Below are positions 40,868 through 51,500 of a stretch of DNA of 64,000 nt, in pieces. The notes below the pieces were generated by a model. That model made no database searches. It was not told the origin of the DNA and saw nothing but the letters and a program-made list of their open reading frames with translations. The translations under genes were made by a program, and so were the position numbers. The stretch's first letter is position 1. Every line of letters begins with the position of its first letter. Location of the stretch: the NCBI GenBank assembly GCA_963719495.1, contig CAVRCI010000004.1, positions 288,001-352,000 of the forward strand, read 5' to 3'. The DNA is from an uncultured Verrucomicrobiae bacterium. GTDB taxonomy: Bacteria > Verrucomicrobiota > Verrucomicrobiia > Chthoniobacterales > JAATET01.

Positions 40868-41974
40868 CTACGACTCACGCATCCGCAATCGCACGACGGC
40901 ATTTTGCGGGACTGACGCGAGGTCGGCCACCGGCACGCGAGTGGTGATCACGAAAAAACTCGTCGGATAGGAAAATAGGAGGTGCATGAAGAGCGCGACC
41001 AACGGCTCGCACTGGATCCGACCGACTCCGGTCTCCGGAGCCGACATCACGGAGTCAAGTCCGTCGAAGACGTAGAGAGTCGGGGTGTTGGCCGCGAGAG
41101 TGAGTAGAAATTCCGTCACATCCGCGGGGGGAGCGTCGAGCGGAACGCGGACTTCCAAAGCGCCTTCCATTGCCTCGACCCATTGGGCGTAGGGGTCTCG
41201 GCTCTGCGCCCCGCAGCCGTCGAAGGAGCAAATGATGACGCGTCGCAACGGCCGACATCCGATGCCGACCGGATGCCGGATCCAATCCGCGAGGAGTCCG
41301 GTCTTTCCCGAGTCGGGAGGTCCAATGATTTCCAGCCCGCGCGCCACGGAGTGGCTGAGGGCGGCGTGCAGGGAGGCGCGGTGGAAGGCGGTCGCCGCCC
41401 GGTCGGCGGGACCTGCCGGGAGATTCCCGATGATCTTCAGAACACCCGGATCGGGTTCGGCAAGGTCGAGTCGCAGCGTGAGGATCAATCGGGTGAGCGT
41501 CTCGTGGTCGACCTCCCCGCCGTCGACCAGCACGGTGATCTGAGTCGGCAGCAGAGCGTGGCTTCCGCGTGCGGGAAAGATTTTCACCGGTTGGCCGGGA
41601 TCGTTGAGCTGGGAATTCCTGCGGTCGAACCACATCTGGAGCCGCCTCCTCGGAGAGTCCCCGGGCACGATCTCCAGCATATCGCGCAGGTAACCCAGGC
41701 CGTCGGCCTTGTGAACGAGGTTGTCCACCGTGCTGGCGGCGCTGCCCCGCCCCCCGATCAGGAGCGGCAATCCCTGCGACTTGTCCGCGACACGTAGTCG
41801 GAGCAGAGCCAGAGAGAGCGAAAGGATTCCTCTCCCCCAGGTGAAGCACGGCCCGCCCGGAGCGGTCTCCCGCCGCTCGTCGCACACCCGGCAGCCGCCG
41901 CTGGATCGAAGGACCGTGCGAACGAGGCGCGGAGGTCCGTCGTTGGCGAAGTGCAATTCGATTTGATCCTTCAT
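40868..41974 (-). CDS. Hypothetical protein with C-terminal P-loop NTPase (STAND/NACHT-like) domain
   Basis: IIGPPDSGKT, LYVFDGLD, VITTR. Confidence 0.6.
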   Translation of the reverse strand: MKDQIELHFANDGPPRLVRTVLRSSGGCRVCDERRETAPGGPCFTWGRGILSLSLALLRLRVADKSQGLPLLIGGRGSAASTVDNLVHKADGLGYLRDMLEIVPGDSPRRRLQMWFDRRNSQLNDPGQPVKIFPARGSHALLPTQITVLVDGGEVDHETLTRLILTLRLDLAEPDPGVLKIIGNLPAGPADRAATAFHRASLHAALSHSVARGLEIIGPPDSGKTGLLADWIRHPVGIGCRPLRRVIICSFDGCGAQSRDPYAQWVEAMEGALEVRVPLDAPPADVTEFLLTLAANTPTLYVFDGLDSVMSAPETGVGRIQCEPLVALFMHLLFSYPTSFFVITTRVPVADLASVPQNAVVRLRMRES

Positions 41975-42190
41975 GGCAGATGCGAAGTCGACGGCGCCCG
42001 TCGCAATAGCTCCACGCCTCGTTCCAGGCAAAGTAAATTCTGCGGCGAACGGAACTTTGGAAGTTTGGAAGAAAGTTTGGAAAATGGTTGGGAAGACAAA
42101 AAACCGGACGAGCCGCTAAAAGCTCCGTTCATACCGACAAAGCAGCGCCCAGCGGAGTCCCATTACCACTGTCCGCGTCGGATGAATCCC

Positions 42191-42871
42191 ATGAAAACTC
42201 GTTCCATTCTCCGCAATCTTCTGGAATCGCCGCTCGGTCTCGGTGTGCTGGCTCTCGTCGCCGATTTCGCCGCGTTGGGGGGATTCTTGCTGTTCTCATC
42301 GAGCGACGATCCCGAGCTGACGGCTGCGCCGACAGCCGCGGAGCCGGCCGCGCGCACCGAGGCGCGCCTGCCGCTGTCAGCGTCGTCCGGCCAGACAGAC
42401 GCCCGGCTGACCGAGACGTCGAGCGAGACGGTCCATGATTCAAGTTTCACCCTCGACGCGGCAAAGGCCGAGGTCGTGACGACCGACGGTGCTGTGATGC
42501 GGCTTGAATCCACGGAGGGATTGTTCGAGCGGGTATTCATCCCGATGGGGGAGCCCGTGACGTTCCGCGTGAGCGTTCCGCGCTTGGTGGCTGGGGCTGA
42601 GGTGAGCATCGCGGCACCGAATGGCGGCTCGCTCCGGTGGCTCGACGGGCCAATGAAGTTCAAGGCCTTGGGCGGTGCTGAGGAACTCGAGTTCGAGCTC
42701 GCACCGACTCTCGGCCGGGGTGCCTACAACGTGACGATCCGCCAATCCGGTTCCGTGGCCACCCTCAACTTCTGGGCGGGCGAACTCAATCCCGCCGGCC
42801 AACCCGGGCCGGCTTACGTGCAGACCAACTCCACCGACATCTCATCCTCTCCAAATCAAATCGACCCATGA
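42191..42871 (+). CDS. Membrane-anchored hypothetical protein coupled to the RHS gene
   Basis: N-terminal TM segment; ATGA overlap with the RHS start. Confidence 0.65.
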   Translation: MKTRSILRNLLESPLGLGVLALVADFAALGGFLLFSSSDDPELTAAPTAAEPAARTEARLPLSASSGQTDARLTETSSETVHDSSFTLDAAKAEVVTTDGAVMRLESTEGLFERVFIPMGEPVTFRVSVPRLVAGAEVSIAAPNGGSLRWLDGPMKFKALGGAEELEFELAPTLGRGAYNVTIRQSGSVATLNFWAGELNPAGQPGPAYVQTNSTDISSSPNQIDP

Positions 42872-45657
42872 AATCGACCTATCACCTGCTCGCGTGCCTC
42901 GTCGCGCCGATCTCCATCGTTTTCAACTCGTTCGCATTCGACCCCGGATGCGGCAATCCGGGGCAGAACGAGCCGGACTGTCCGCCGCCGCCGGTCGGCA
43001 CCAATCCGATCAATCCGCACCGAGGGTCCCTGCTGCGCGAGGTCACGGATTTGGAGACCTTCGGCGCTGCGCCGATTCAGTTCACCCGGCACTACAACAG
43101 CCGCACGCGCGATTACACCAAGCCTCGCTGGGAATTTGGCACGCAGTGGACGTGGCAGCACAACTGGCAATATGAAGTGCGCGAATCGAGCACGAGTGAC
43201 TTTGGGTTTCCGCGCCTGATCGTCCGTTATCCCGCGGGACGGGAGTATTATTTCCGCGCGGTGGACGCGACTGGGAGCGTGCGAGTACCGGACGCAAACT
43301 GCGGCGACCGCCTGTATCCGACCGGGACGGGCCTTTACACGCTGCGCACACCGGAGGGCCGCCAATACGAGTTCCGGAAAACCGGGAGCGGATCGAGCTA
43401 CGAGTATCTGCTCGACCGCGTAAGGAATGGGACGGGCTGGACGTGGACGCTCACCTATCAAACCCAGGGCGGCAAGCAGCGCCTCTATCGGATCACGAAT
43501 AACTACGGACGCTACATTCAGATCACTCGCGCATCCGGTGCAAACGGCTACTGGCAGATCACTTCGATCAAGACGAATGACAATCGCATCGTGAACTACA
43601 CCTACTCCACTTGGGCGCCAACCTCCGAAACGGTGCTGACGAAGGTCACCTATCCGGGAGCCGAGGAGGCAAACTATACGTGGTGCGGATCGGACTCACT
43701 TACCGCCGGACCCCCGGTCCTGGAAAGCGCGGACGATCCGATGCAAAGCACCAGCGGCAGCCGGATGAAGTACGTTTACAACTACACTGCCACCTACGGC
43801 GGATCGAACATCGTCAATGGCACGATCCTCGAGGAGCGCAATCTCGTGACGAATCAGCTCGTGGTCAGCCTGCCGCTGGGTTCGGGCCTGTATCCCCAAG
43901 TGACCGAGGGGAATGGCACGGAATTGCTCCGGAAATACAACACCTTCGGTGTGTCCACGGAATTTGCCGACGGCGAAGGGCGCACGACGAGCTTTACCCG
44001 CGACGCGGGCGGTGCGGGATTCATCACGAGCATCGCCGAGCCGGGCGGCGCGACGACCAGCTACACGCGGGACTTCGCCGGGCGCGTCCTCGCGCGGACG
44101 GATGCCCTGAGCGGCGTGCAGACCCGCACCTACAACGCCAATGGCTTCCTGCTCACGGACACGGATGAGCTTTCGCGTACGACCACGCACACCCGCGACA
44201 CGAACAACCGGATCACGCGCACGGACCACCCGGACGGGACCTACGAGATCTTCACCTACACCGGCACGGGCCTCATGAAGACGCACCGCCTGCGCAATGG
44301 CACCACCGAGACCTTCACCTACGACAGTTGGGGCAATCTCGTCACCCATGTCGATGCGGCGAGCCACACGTGGACCTTTACGTATCACTCAAGCGGGATG
44401 CGCGCGACGAGCAAGGACCCGCGCAACTACACGACCAGCTACCAGTCCACCTGGCGGGGCCTGCTCACGCGGGTGACGCATCCTGACAGCAGCTACCGGG
44501 AATTCGGCTACAGCCCGTATGGAAAAAAGACGAGTGACCGCAACGAGCTGGGCCACACCTCGAACTTCACCTACACGGAATACAACCAGCTCGCGACGCA
44601 GACCGATCCGCTTAATCGCACCACGACCTACGAGTACGGCCGCGAGCCAAGCTGCGGCACCTGCGGGTATTTGCAGACCGTCGCGAAGGTGACGCTGCCC
44701 AGTGGCAAGGTGACTGACAATCACTACGACTTGAGCGGCAAGCTCCTCTCCCAAGTCGTCGCTCCCGGAACTGCCGACGAGGCGACCACCACGTGGTCCT
44801 ACGATGCCCGCGGACGCGTCCAGACGACGACCGACGCACGCGGCAAGGTGACCAGCTTCACCTACGACCTGCTCGACCGGATGCTCACGGAGACCGATCC
44901 GCTCCTGCACACCACGACGAACAGCTACGACGCCGTCGGCAATCTGCTCACGGTCACGCGGCCGGACACGACCGTGTTCACTTACACCTACGACACGATG
45001 AACCGTCGTCTCACCGAGACGAATCCCAATAGCGAGACGACGACCTACACGTATCACCCAGATGGGTCGCTCGCCTCGCTGAAAGATGCGAGGAACAGCC
45101 TCTACTCGTTTCTCGTGGACCCGCTCTCGCGGCGCACGCGGATGACGTATCCCGTTGGGAGCTACGAAAACTGGACCTACGACGGCGCTGGAAACCTCTC
45201 GATCTACCGTGCGCGTAACGGAGCCATGAGAACGTGCACTTACGATAGCCGCAACCGCGATACGCTGTGCGACTGGAGCGACACCACAGGCGACGTGTCG
45301 AAAGTCTACGATGCCGCAAGCCGGGTGACGAGTCTTACGAAGGGCTTGACGCTGAGCTACACCTACACCGATGCGAATGAACTCCAGAGTGAGACTTATC
45401 AGTTTGGAGGGGCGGTAGGGAACAAGGTCGTCAGCTATGAATACGACGCGGACGGCAACCGTACGACATTGACTTATCCGGACGGCACCATAGTCGGAAA
45501 GGGGTCGGTCATTCATATTGACACATATACCCCGCAATGGATCACAGATCGAGCCTCCCGATATGCCCATATGAATGACCGACCCCTCCTAGAAGGGCGA
45601 GCCGGAACTCCAAATAAAGTGATGCGGCCGCATCACTTTATTGGGAATGTGAGTTAG
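42868..45657 (+). pseudogene. RHS/YD-repeat protein with signal peptide, truncated at about 45494
   Basis: Many YD repeats; no core-end DPxG motif or toxin tip; the tail is read from the 96-bp element and palindromes. Confidence 0.85.
45495..45590. mobile_element. 96-bp palindromic element, copy 1
   Basis: 18-bp perfect IR GGGGTCGGTCATTCATAT (45501-45518 / 45569-45586). Confidence 0.8.
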
Positions 45658-45765
45658 GCTGGGCGCACTCTTCTCGGGAGAATCCAAGGCGGAATGGGCC
45701 GTCAACGACGAATGTCGATGGTCACCGCTCACCGATAAAATGTAGCGGCCGCATCATTTTATCGG
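45613..45765. repeat. Two related palindromes with a GCGGCCGC core (45613-45642 perfect; 45732-45765 imperfect)
   Basis: AATAAAGTGATGCGGCCGCATCACTTTATT and CCGATAAAATGTAGCGGCCGCATCATTTTATCGG. Confidence 0.85.
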
Positions 45766-45795
45766 GGGTTTTTGTGGATTGGGTTGGCCGGGAAG

Positions 45796-46827
45796 TCAGT
45801 GCTTCGACTGGATCGTTGTGGCTCCGGCGTGCCAGCGACCGGTGACGAGATTGGTGCGGGGCTGGGCCGGTGAACCGGACTCGTTGCGGTGGAGTTGGGC
45901 GACCACCATGTCGACGGCGGCGCGGCCGACGAGACCGATCTGCGAGTCGATGCCAGAGACGGTGTGGTCGAGTTTCAGGAGATTCAAATTGATGTAGCCC
46001 GCGTCGTCCGGCACGCGCCAGCCGATGGCGGCCAGCTCCTCGCGGAAGTCGCCGTACCCGATGATCGCGTCGGGTCGGTGGCGTTTCAGCCAGGTCGCGA
46101 TCCGGGATGCGTCGTCGGGAAACGACTGGTGGCAGGGCGGGATCGAGGCGATTCCTGCGGTGTATCGCTGGAAGGCCAGGAAGGCGGCGGTGAAGTGGTA
46201 GTTGGTCCGCGCGTTCGTGACCTCGGGCAGCAGGAGGGCGAGGCGGCGGTAGCCGAGGGCTCGGGCGGATTCCAGAGCGGTCCACGAATTCTGAAATTGA
46301 TTCGACGCTGCGCGGTGGAGGCTGGGGGAGTGAAGGGTGTGGCCGAGGGTCACGGCGCTGTAGTGGGCCCACGGGAACTCGAGTTCGGGAAATTCGGACG
46401 CGACGGGAAGGACGATGACGCCGCGGATTCCTTGCGCCTCGAAGATGCGGTGGAGGCGGGCGGCGGAGGTCGCGCCGGGTCCGCGGAGCGAAAAAATCTC
46501 GGCCCGGAATCCGAGTTCCACGCAGCGATGTTCGATCCCGCGGAGGAGCGTGCCGTAGAGCGGGTCCTTGCGAAATGTCGTCGCGGCACCGTGGTTGTTG
46601 ATCAACGCCATGGGGTAGACGGCGTCGGGGGATTTGTGGGCTGACCGCTGCGCCATGAGCGCGGAGACCAGGGGGTTGGGACGGTAGCCCATTTTTTTGG
46701 CGAGGGCTCGGATGCGCTTTCGGACTTTGGTCGAGACGCGGGAGCTGTCCCGCAAGGCCAGCGACACGGTCATCCTCGACACGCTGGCGACGGTGGCGAT
46801 CTCCTGCATGGTGGGGGGCTTGGCCAT
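45796..46827 (-). CDS. LacI-family transcriptional regulator
   Basis: TMQEIATVASVSRMTVSLAL...MGYRPNP; VPDDAG. Confidence 0.93.
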   Translation of the reverse strand: MAKPPTMQEIATVASVSRMTVSLALRDSSRVSTKVRKRIRALAKKMGYRPNPLVSALMAQRSAHKSPDAVYPMALINNHGAATTFRKDPLYGTLLRGIEHRCVELGFRAEIFSLRGPGATSAARLHRIFEAQGIRGVIVLPVASEFPELEFPWAHYSAVTLGHTLHSPSLHRAASNQFQNSWTALESARALGYRRLALLLPEVTNARTNYHFTAAFLAFQRYTAGIASIPPCHQSFPDDASRIATWLKRHRPDAIIGYGDFREELAAIGWRVPDDAGYINLNLLKLDHTVSGIDSQIGLVGRAAVDMVVAQLHRNESGSPAQPRTNLVTGRWHAGATTIQSKH

Positions 46828-46873
46828 GACTCAAGAAAACCGGGGCGCGTGGGTGCGGCAAGGGAGGATTGTA

Positions 46874-46885
46874 TTTACGGGTAAA
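46874..46885. promoter_or_regulatory. Possible LacI-type operator TTTACGGGTAAA
   Basis: Near-palindrome in the divergent intergenic region. Confidence 0.35.
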
Positions 46886-46934
46886 CGTGCCGTGAAATTG
46901 AGGGTACGCGTCCGGCGGGGGAGTTTTCGCTCGT

Positions 46935-48515
46935 ATGAAAGAGACGCCGTCCGTCGACCCAGCGACCGCTTCCGAGCCGGACTCCGAGACCCATCAGCCG
47001 CCGGTCATCCGCAGTAATCCCGCCAATCGCGAATTGGCGAAGGCGATGCCTCGACCGGAAGCGCAGGAGATTTTCTGCACGAAGGGGGATGGCTATCGCG
47101 GAATCTGGTGGGGGCAAACCGCGACGGGGGACGAATACGTTTATAAATATTCCGGCGGGCTGGGGACGTATCCGGTGCAGAACGCCCCGTTCGCCGTGTA
47201 TCGCGAGGAGGTCGGGAAGACGTTTTTCGTGTGGGGTGGCGCGACCGTGGAGGGTTGGCGGGACGTGGAAACGCGGGGGCCGCGGTGGGACTACGGATCG
47301 GGGGAATTGCTTCACATGGTGAGCTATTACGATCACCGGACGGGGCAGGTGCCGCGGCCGACGGTGTTGTTCGACAAGTGGACGGCGGACCCGCACGACA
47401 ACCCCGTGCTGACGATCGACGACGAGGGATACTTGTGGATTTTCTCGCCGTCGCACGGGCATTGGACGACGCCGTCGTTCGTGCACCGGAGCGTGGAGCC
47501 GTATTCGATCGAGCAGTTCGTGACTGTCAGCGAGGGCTTGTTCGCTTATCCGCAGGTTTGGTGGACGCGCGGGAAAGGGCTTTCGTTTTTTCACACGAAT
47601 TACGGGACCGTCGAGGCTCGGGCTGCGGATCGGGGGATTTGTTATCGGCACAGTCGGGATGGATTCGAGTGGGGATCGGCGGTGCGGCTCGGGTGCTGTG
47701 AATTGGGGCACTATCAAGTGACCGCGGAGCGGAGCGGTGTCGTGGCGACGGCGTTCGACGTTCATCCCAACGAGGGGGGGCTCGAGGCGCGGACGAATTT
47801 TTATTACCTGCAATCGACGGACTTCGGAAAGACGTGGACGACCGCGGCGGGCGAGGAAGTTGTCGTTCCCGTCGACCGGCGTGATCATCCCGCGCTGGTC
47901 CGGGATTTTCACGCTGAGGGGCTGCTTTGTTACATCAAACACCTCGTGCTCGACGGGGAGGGGAACCCGCACGTGCATCTCGTGACGTCGCGGGGTTGGG
48001 AGCCGGGGCCGGAGAAGGGTCCGCACGTCTGGCACGTCGCAACCTGCCGGGATGGAGTGTGGATTTACGAGGAGGTGCTCCGCAGCGACTGCAACTACGA
48101 CATGGGAAGTCTCACCGTGCAAGCGGACGGGTCGCGCAGTCTGGTCGGGACCTCGGGCAAGGGGCCGCAGGAATTCAACACCGGAGGGGAGGTCGAGCTG
48201 TGGTCGCAGTCGGCGGTCGGCGAGCCGTGGACTCGCGAGCGCGTCCTGACCGACGGGAGTGAGCGCAATCACAGTCACCCCCGGTGCGCGGTGGATGCAC
48301 ACGCTGAGTTTCGCGCGCTGTGGGCGGACGGGCACACGCGGCAACCGTCGCCGTCGCGGTTGTATTTCACCAACGCCGCCGGGGACGTCCGGGTGCTGCC
48401 GGATCGAATGGACGATGATTTTGCGACGCCTTTGCCGGAAAGGGGTCGGTCATTCATATTGACACATATACCCCGCAATGGATCACAGATCGAGGCTCCC
48501 GATATGCCCATATGA
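46935..48515 (+). CDS. BNR-4 repeat (beta-propeller) protein, possible polysaccharide lyase/hydrolase
   Basis: DGYRGIW, YKYSGGLGTY, DPHDNP, STDFGKTW Asp-box; last residues come from the 96-bp element. Confidence 0.75.
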   Translation: MKETPSVDPATASEPDSETHQPPVIRSNPANRELAKAMPRPEAQEIFCTKGDGYRGIWWGQTATGDEYVYKYSGGLGTYPVQNAPFAVYREEVGKTFFVWGGATVEGWRDVETRGPRWDYGSGELLHMVSYYDHRTGQVPRPTVLFDKWTADPHDNPVLTIDDEGYLWIFSPSHGHWTTPSFVHRSVEPYSIEQFVTVSEGLFAYPQVWWTRGKGLSFFHTNYGTVEARAADRGICYRHSRDGFEWGSAVRLGCCELGHYQVTAERSGVVATAFDVHPNEGGLEARTNFYYLQSTDFGKTWTTAAGEEVVVPVDRRDHPALVRDFHAEGLLCYIKHLVLDGEGNPHVHLVTSRGWEPGPEKGPHVWHVATCRDGVWIYEEVLRSDCNYDMGSLTVQADGSRSLVGTSGKGPQEFNTGGEVELWSQSAVGEPWTRERVLTDGSERNHSHPRCAVDAHAEFRALWADGHTRQPSPSRLYFTNAAGDVRVLPDRMDDDFATPLPERGRSFILTHIPRNGSQIEAPDMPI

Positions 48516-48531
48516 ATGACCGACCCCTCCT
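48436..48531. mobile_element. 96-bp palindromic element, copy 2
   Basis: 95/96 identical to 45495-45590, same orientation. Confidence 0.8.
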
Positions 48532-48532
48532 C

Positions 48533-48949
48533 CGGGACGTCGCGGATCCCGAGGTGCTCGTCGGGAAGCACCTCTTTGGTCGGTTGGGGTGCGCGGAGTG
48601 TCACGTGCCGGAGTTTCGGACGGCGGAGGTGGAGGGGTTTCCGGAAGTGTCGGGTCAGCGGATTTTTCCGTATTCCGATTTACTGCTGCACGACATGGGG
48701 GACGGCTTGGCGGATGGACGGGGTGACTTCGAAGCGAACGGGCGGGAGTGGCGGACGCCGCCGCTCTGGGGGATCGGTTTGGTGGAGACGGTGAATGGGC
48801 ATTCCGAATTTCTGCACGATGGGCGGGCGCGGAGCTTGGAGGAGGCCGTGTTGTGGCACGGCGGCGAGGCGGAGGGGTCGCGGGACGCTTACCTTGGGCT
48901 TGCGAAGGTTGAGCGGACGGCGGTTTTGCGATTCTTGGAGTCGCTGTAG
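48533..48949 (+). pseudogene. Diverged duplicate of the 3' 417 bp of the di-heme oxidoreductase gene
   Basis: Collinear with 39729-40145; about 17 of 138 aa differ (manual count); in-frame ATG at 48512 comes from the element. Confidence 0.92.
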
Positions 48950-49073
48950 CGCGTCACGCCAGATTGCGGGACGAGATGGCCCGTTGCAGCTCGTCTGATC
49001 GGATGGGAGGACTCCAGTCGTTCGGGGCGTGAGCGGATGAATTTAGTTGTCGGCGGATCCGGTGCCGCGGAGC

Positions 49074-50042
49074 TCAGGCCTTCGCCTGACTGCGAGTCCG
49101 ACGTCGGAGCAGCAGCAGCGTGAGTCCAGCCACGCAGACGAATGCTATGGTTCCGGGTTCCGGCACCGGATTCAGGACGTAGAGGGTCTGCGGCGAATTG
49201 CCCGGTCCCATTTCGCCGACCAGATAGATGTTCCCGGCGAGATCAATGGTGACGCCTTCGATTGCCTTGGTGCCGGTGAAGGTCTGGAGCGAGATCGAAC
49301 TGAGAAGATCGCCGTTGCCGTCGACTTCGAGCAGACGGGCCGACTCCTGACTCAGAATCAAGAGATTGTCCGCCAGACCGGTATTCACGAATGACGGAAC
49401 GGTGCCAAGACTCTGGATGTCGGCAAAATCCGTGACTCCGAAGGCCGCAATTTGCGCCGCAGTGAAGGGCCGGGTGAGATCGACGGCGAGAGTGACCGGG
49501 TCGAAAGTGAATCGGTAGACGTCGAGCGGGGTCTTCTCCTTCACGCCGTAGTAGACGGCAGCGGTGGGGTCATAGCTCAATCCCTCCAACCCAGCGTTGC
49601 CGACGTTGTCCGGGGTCCCGAAGAGGTCGATGCGGGTGGATTGGGCCAGGTCGATGGTCTGGACGGGGTCGGGGAACGTCGTTTCAAAAATGAAGCCGGC
49701 GCGGATGCGCTCGAGTCCATACATGTAGCGATTGTTGCCGAGGTAGGTGATGGCCTCGGCGTCGGTGGTGTTGACGCCCGGTTGGTTCGGGTGCCCGGAG
49801 ATGCGGATGCGACCGAGTTGCTGACCGAATCGATTGATTTCGACCACGTCGAAGGCCTCATCGTCGACGATGACGAAGGAGTCGCGGTCCCAATTGTAAG
49901 TGATGGCCGAGGCCTCGGGGACGGCGAAGGGGAGGGTGAAGGTGCCCCCGAGGGTGTAGCCCGCGAGATTTAAAGACGTCTGAGCGGAAAGCGGCAGGCT
50001 GATGAGAGCCGTGAGTGCGATGGCGAATTGAATGGTTTTCAT
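49074..50042 (-). CDS. SdiA-regulated-domain (YjiK-like) PEP-CTERM protein
   Basis: EASAITYN, DAEAITY, NAGLEGLSYD, LLILSQES, EGVTID; VPEP-TM-RRR. Confidence 0.85.
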   Translation of the reverse strand: MKTIQFAIALTALISLPLSAQTSLNLAGYTLGGTFTLPFAVPEASAITYNWDRDSFVIVDDEAFDVVEINRFGQQLGRIRISGHPNQPGVNTTDAEAITYLGNNRYMYGLERIRAGFIFETTFPDPVQTIDLAQSTRIDLFGTPDNVGNAGLEGLSYDPTAAVYYGVKEKTPLDVYRFTFDPVTLAVDLTRPFTAAQIAAFGVTDFADIQSLGTVPSFVNTGLADNLLILSQESARLLEVDGNGDLLSSISLQTFTGTKAIEGVTIDLAGNIYLVGEMGPGNSPQTLYVLNPVPEPGTIAFVCVAGLTLLLLRRRTRSQAKA

Positions 50043-50112
50043 TGGACGAAAAACGAACGCGCCCTGGTGGCGGGCGCGTTCGCGGATTCGGTTGACTGGT
50101 TGGACGCGGGGA

Positions 50113-50820
50113 TCAGACGTTCCGGCGGCGGCGGGCGTGGACGGCGAGTCCACCGGCGAGGGCCAGCGTCAGGAGCGCGATGGTGCCCGGCTCGGGAACC
50201 GCGGCGATGCCGGGCGATCCGACGCCGCTGCCGGACTGGGCATTCACGGACCCAAAAATGCCGTCGGTCGCGGGGGCGTAGCGCGCCGTCGCTGGCGTGG
50301 TGCCGAAGTTGGGGTTGAAGACGAGCGATTGGCCGGAATTGCCGCCTCCGGCGGAGATGCCGGCGTGGCCGCCGGTCGAAGCGGTGTCGTCAGATTTCGT
50401 GAAGCCGCCTGCCGCGTAGGTGAGGGAAAGCACGAGAGCGTTTGAGCCGTCGTAAAGAAAAACACCGTCACTTTGGCCCAGGCCAGGCCCAGTCGCGGAA
50501 ACGATCGGCACCGAGGCATCGAGCGCCCAGGTCTGCCGGAACGTGGTCTCGTCGGCGCCGCCAGCGAGCAAGATGAGCGACTGACCAGCGGCGATGGAGG
50601 TCCCCAGCGGGATCGTCACCGTCCCGGCGACTTCGGAGTCGTCGTCCCAGCTCCAAGCGGACGTCCCGGTGAACAGATTAAACGGAGTCGAACCGAAGTT
50701 GCTAATCTCCCAAAAATCACCCCCGGTCGCGTTCGAGTTGAGTTCGGTGATGAGGATCTGGGCGTGGCCGTTGGCGACGGCGGCGAGTGTGACGGCGGTG
50801 AGAATGTGGCGGAGCTTCAT
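50113..50820 (-). CDS. Lamin-tail-domain PEP-CTERM protein
   Basis: ILITELNSN...DFWEISNFG...VGSPG; VPEP-TM-RRRR. Confidence 0.85.
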   Translation of the reverse strand: MKLRHILTAVTLAAVANGHAQILITELNSNATGGDFWEISNFGSTPFNLFTGTSAWSWDDDSEVAGTVTIPLGTSIAAGQSLILLAGGADETTFRQTWALDASVPIVSATGPGLGQSDGVFLYDGSNALVLSLTYAAGGFTKSDDTASTGGHAGISAGGGNSGQSLVFNPNFGTTPATARYAPATDGIFGSVNAQSGSGVGSPGIAAVPEPGTIALLTLALAGGLAVHARRRRNV

Positions 50821-51038
50821 TGGAATGGTTTGGTTCGGGCGGCAGAACAATGGGGTTCCCCGGATCGAGCAAACAATTCGGTGTGACGTTTTTGGAACGA
50901 ATGTCGACGGGGGCAGGGGCCGGTGTCGAAGAAGTCCGTTCATTGGTTCAGAAACGGCCCGAGAGAATCGTTTATGAGTCCGACTGACTCTCTCGAATTG
51001 CTTGTCAGCTACCGCGTTCGACCGCCCATCACACAAAG

Positions 51039-51149
51039 TTTCTGCACGACGGGCGGGCGCGGTGCCTGGAGGACGCTGGGTTGTTGCACGGGGGCAGGGG
51101 GGGCGTGACTTGGGGCGGGCCGGTGGTGCGGTTTTTAGAGTTGCTGTGA
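51039..51149 (+). pseudogene. Third, degenerate copy of the di-heme oxidoreductase 3' end
   Basis: FLHDGRARCLEDAGLLHGG...VVRFLELL* with an internal deletion. Confidence 0.8.
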
Positions 51150-51275
51150 AAGGTTGCGGGAGCTTGGGCGGCTTACGTGGGGGAGCGGACGGGGAAGAGT
51201 GTAGGCCAGAGATGCTTCGCTTTGCTCAGCATGACAGGTTGCGGTGATCGGCTGGAAGCCGATGCCACGGAGTTG

Positions 51276-51377
51276 ATACAATTCTACGGGGCTGCGTTTG
51301 CCGTTTTCGGGGCTTCTCGTTGTGGCTTGGTCTTCGCGGAGGATGTCGGCTTTTAGTTTGATGACTTCTTCGTCGAA
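51276..51377 (-). pseudogene. Diverged duplicate of the nagZ 3' end
   Basis: FDEEVIKLKADILREDQATTRSPENGKRSPVELY versus native LDEEVKKLRAATLGEDQADTRSPEDGKRSPVELY. Confidence 0.85.
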
Positions 51378-51500
51378 GGGGGCATCGAAGGGGGCAGGGC
51401 GTTCATTGGTTCAGAACGTGAGAGGTTCGAATGGGTAGAAGCGTTCAGCGTCCGAGTTTTCATTTTGCGCCCGGGCTCGTCGCACGCTATTCCGCCGAAG

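Noticed and set aside
45495..48531. Tn3-family transposon because of the GGGGTC ends
   Set aside because: The IR is 18 bp rather than about 38 bp; no 5-bp TSD, transposase or resolvase
48533..48949. Simple assembly duplication of the di-heme gene end
   Set aside because: The copies differ at many synonymous sites and about 17 residues, and a third decayed copy exists; a strain chimera still cannot be excluded without reads
50880..51030. Riboswitch upstream of the lamin-tail gene
   Set aside because: Hairpins are present but I recognise no aptamer consensus; an Rfam scan would be needed
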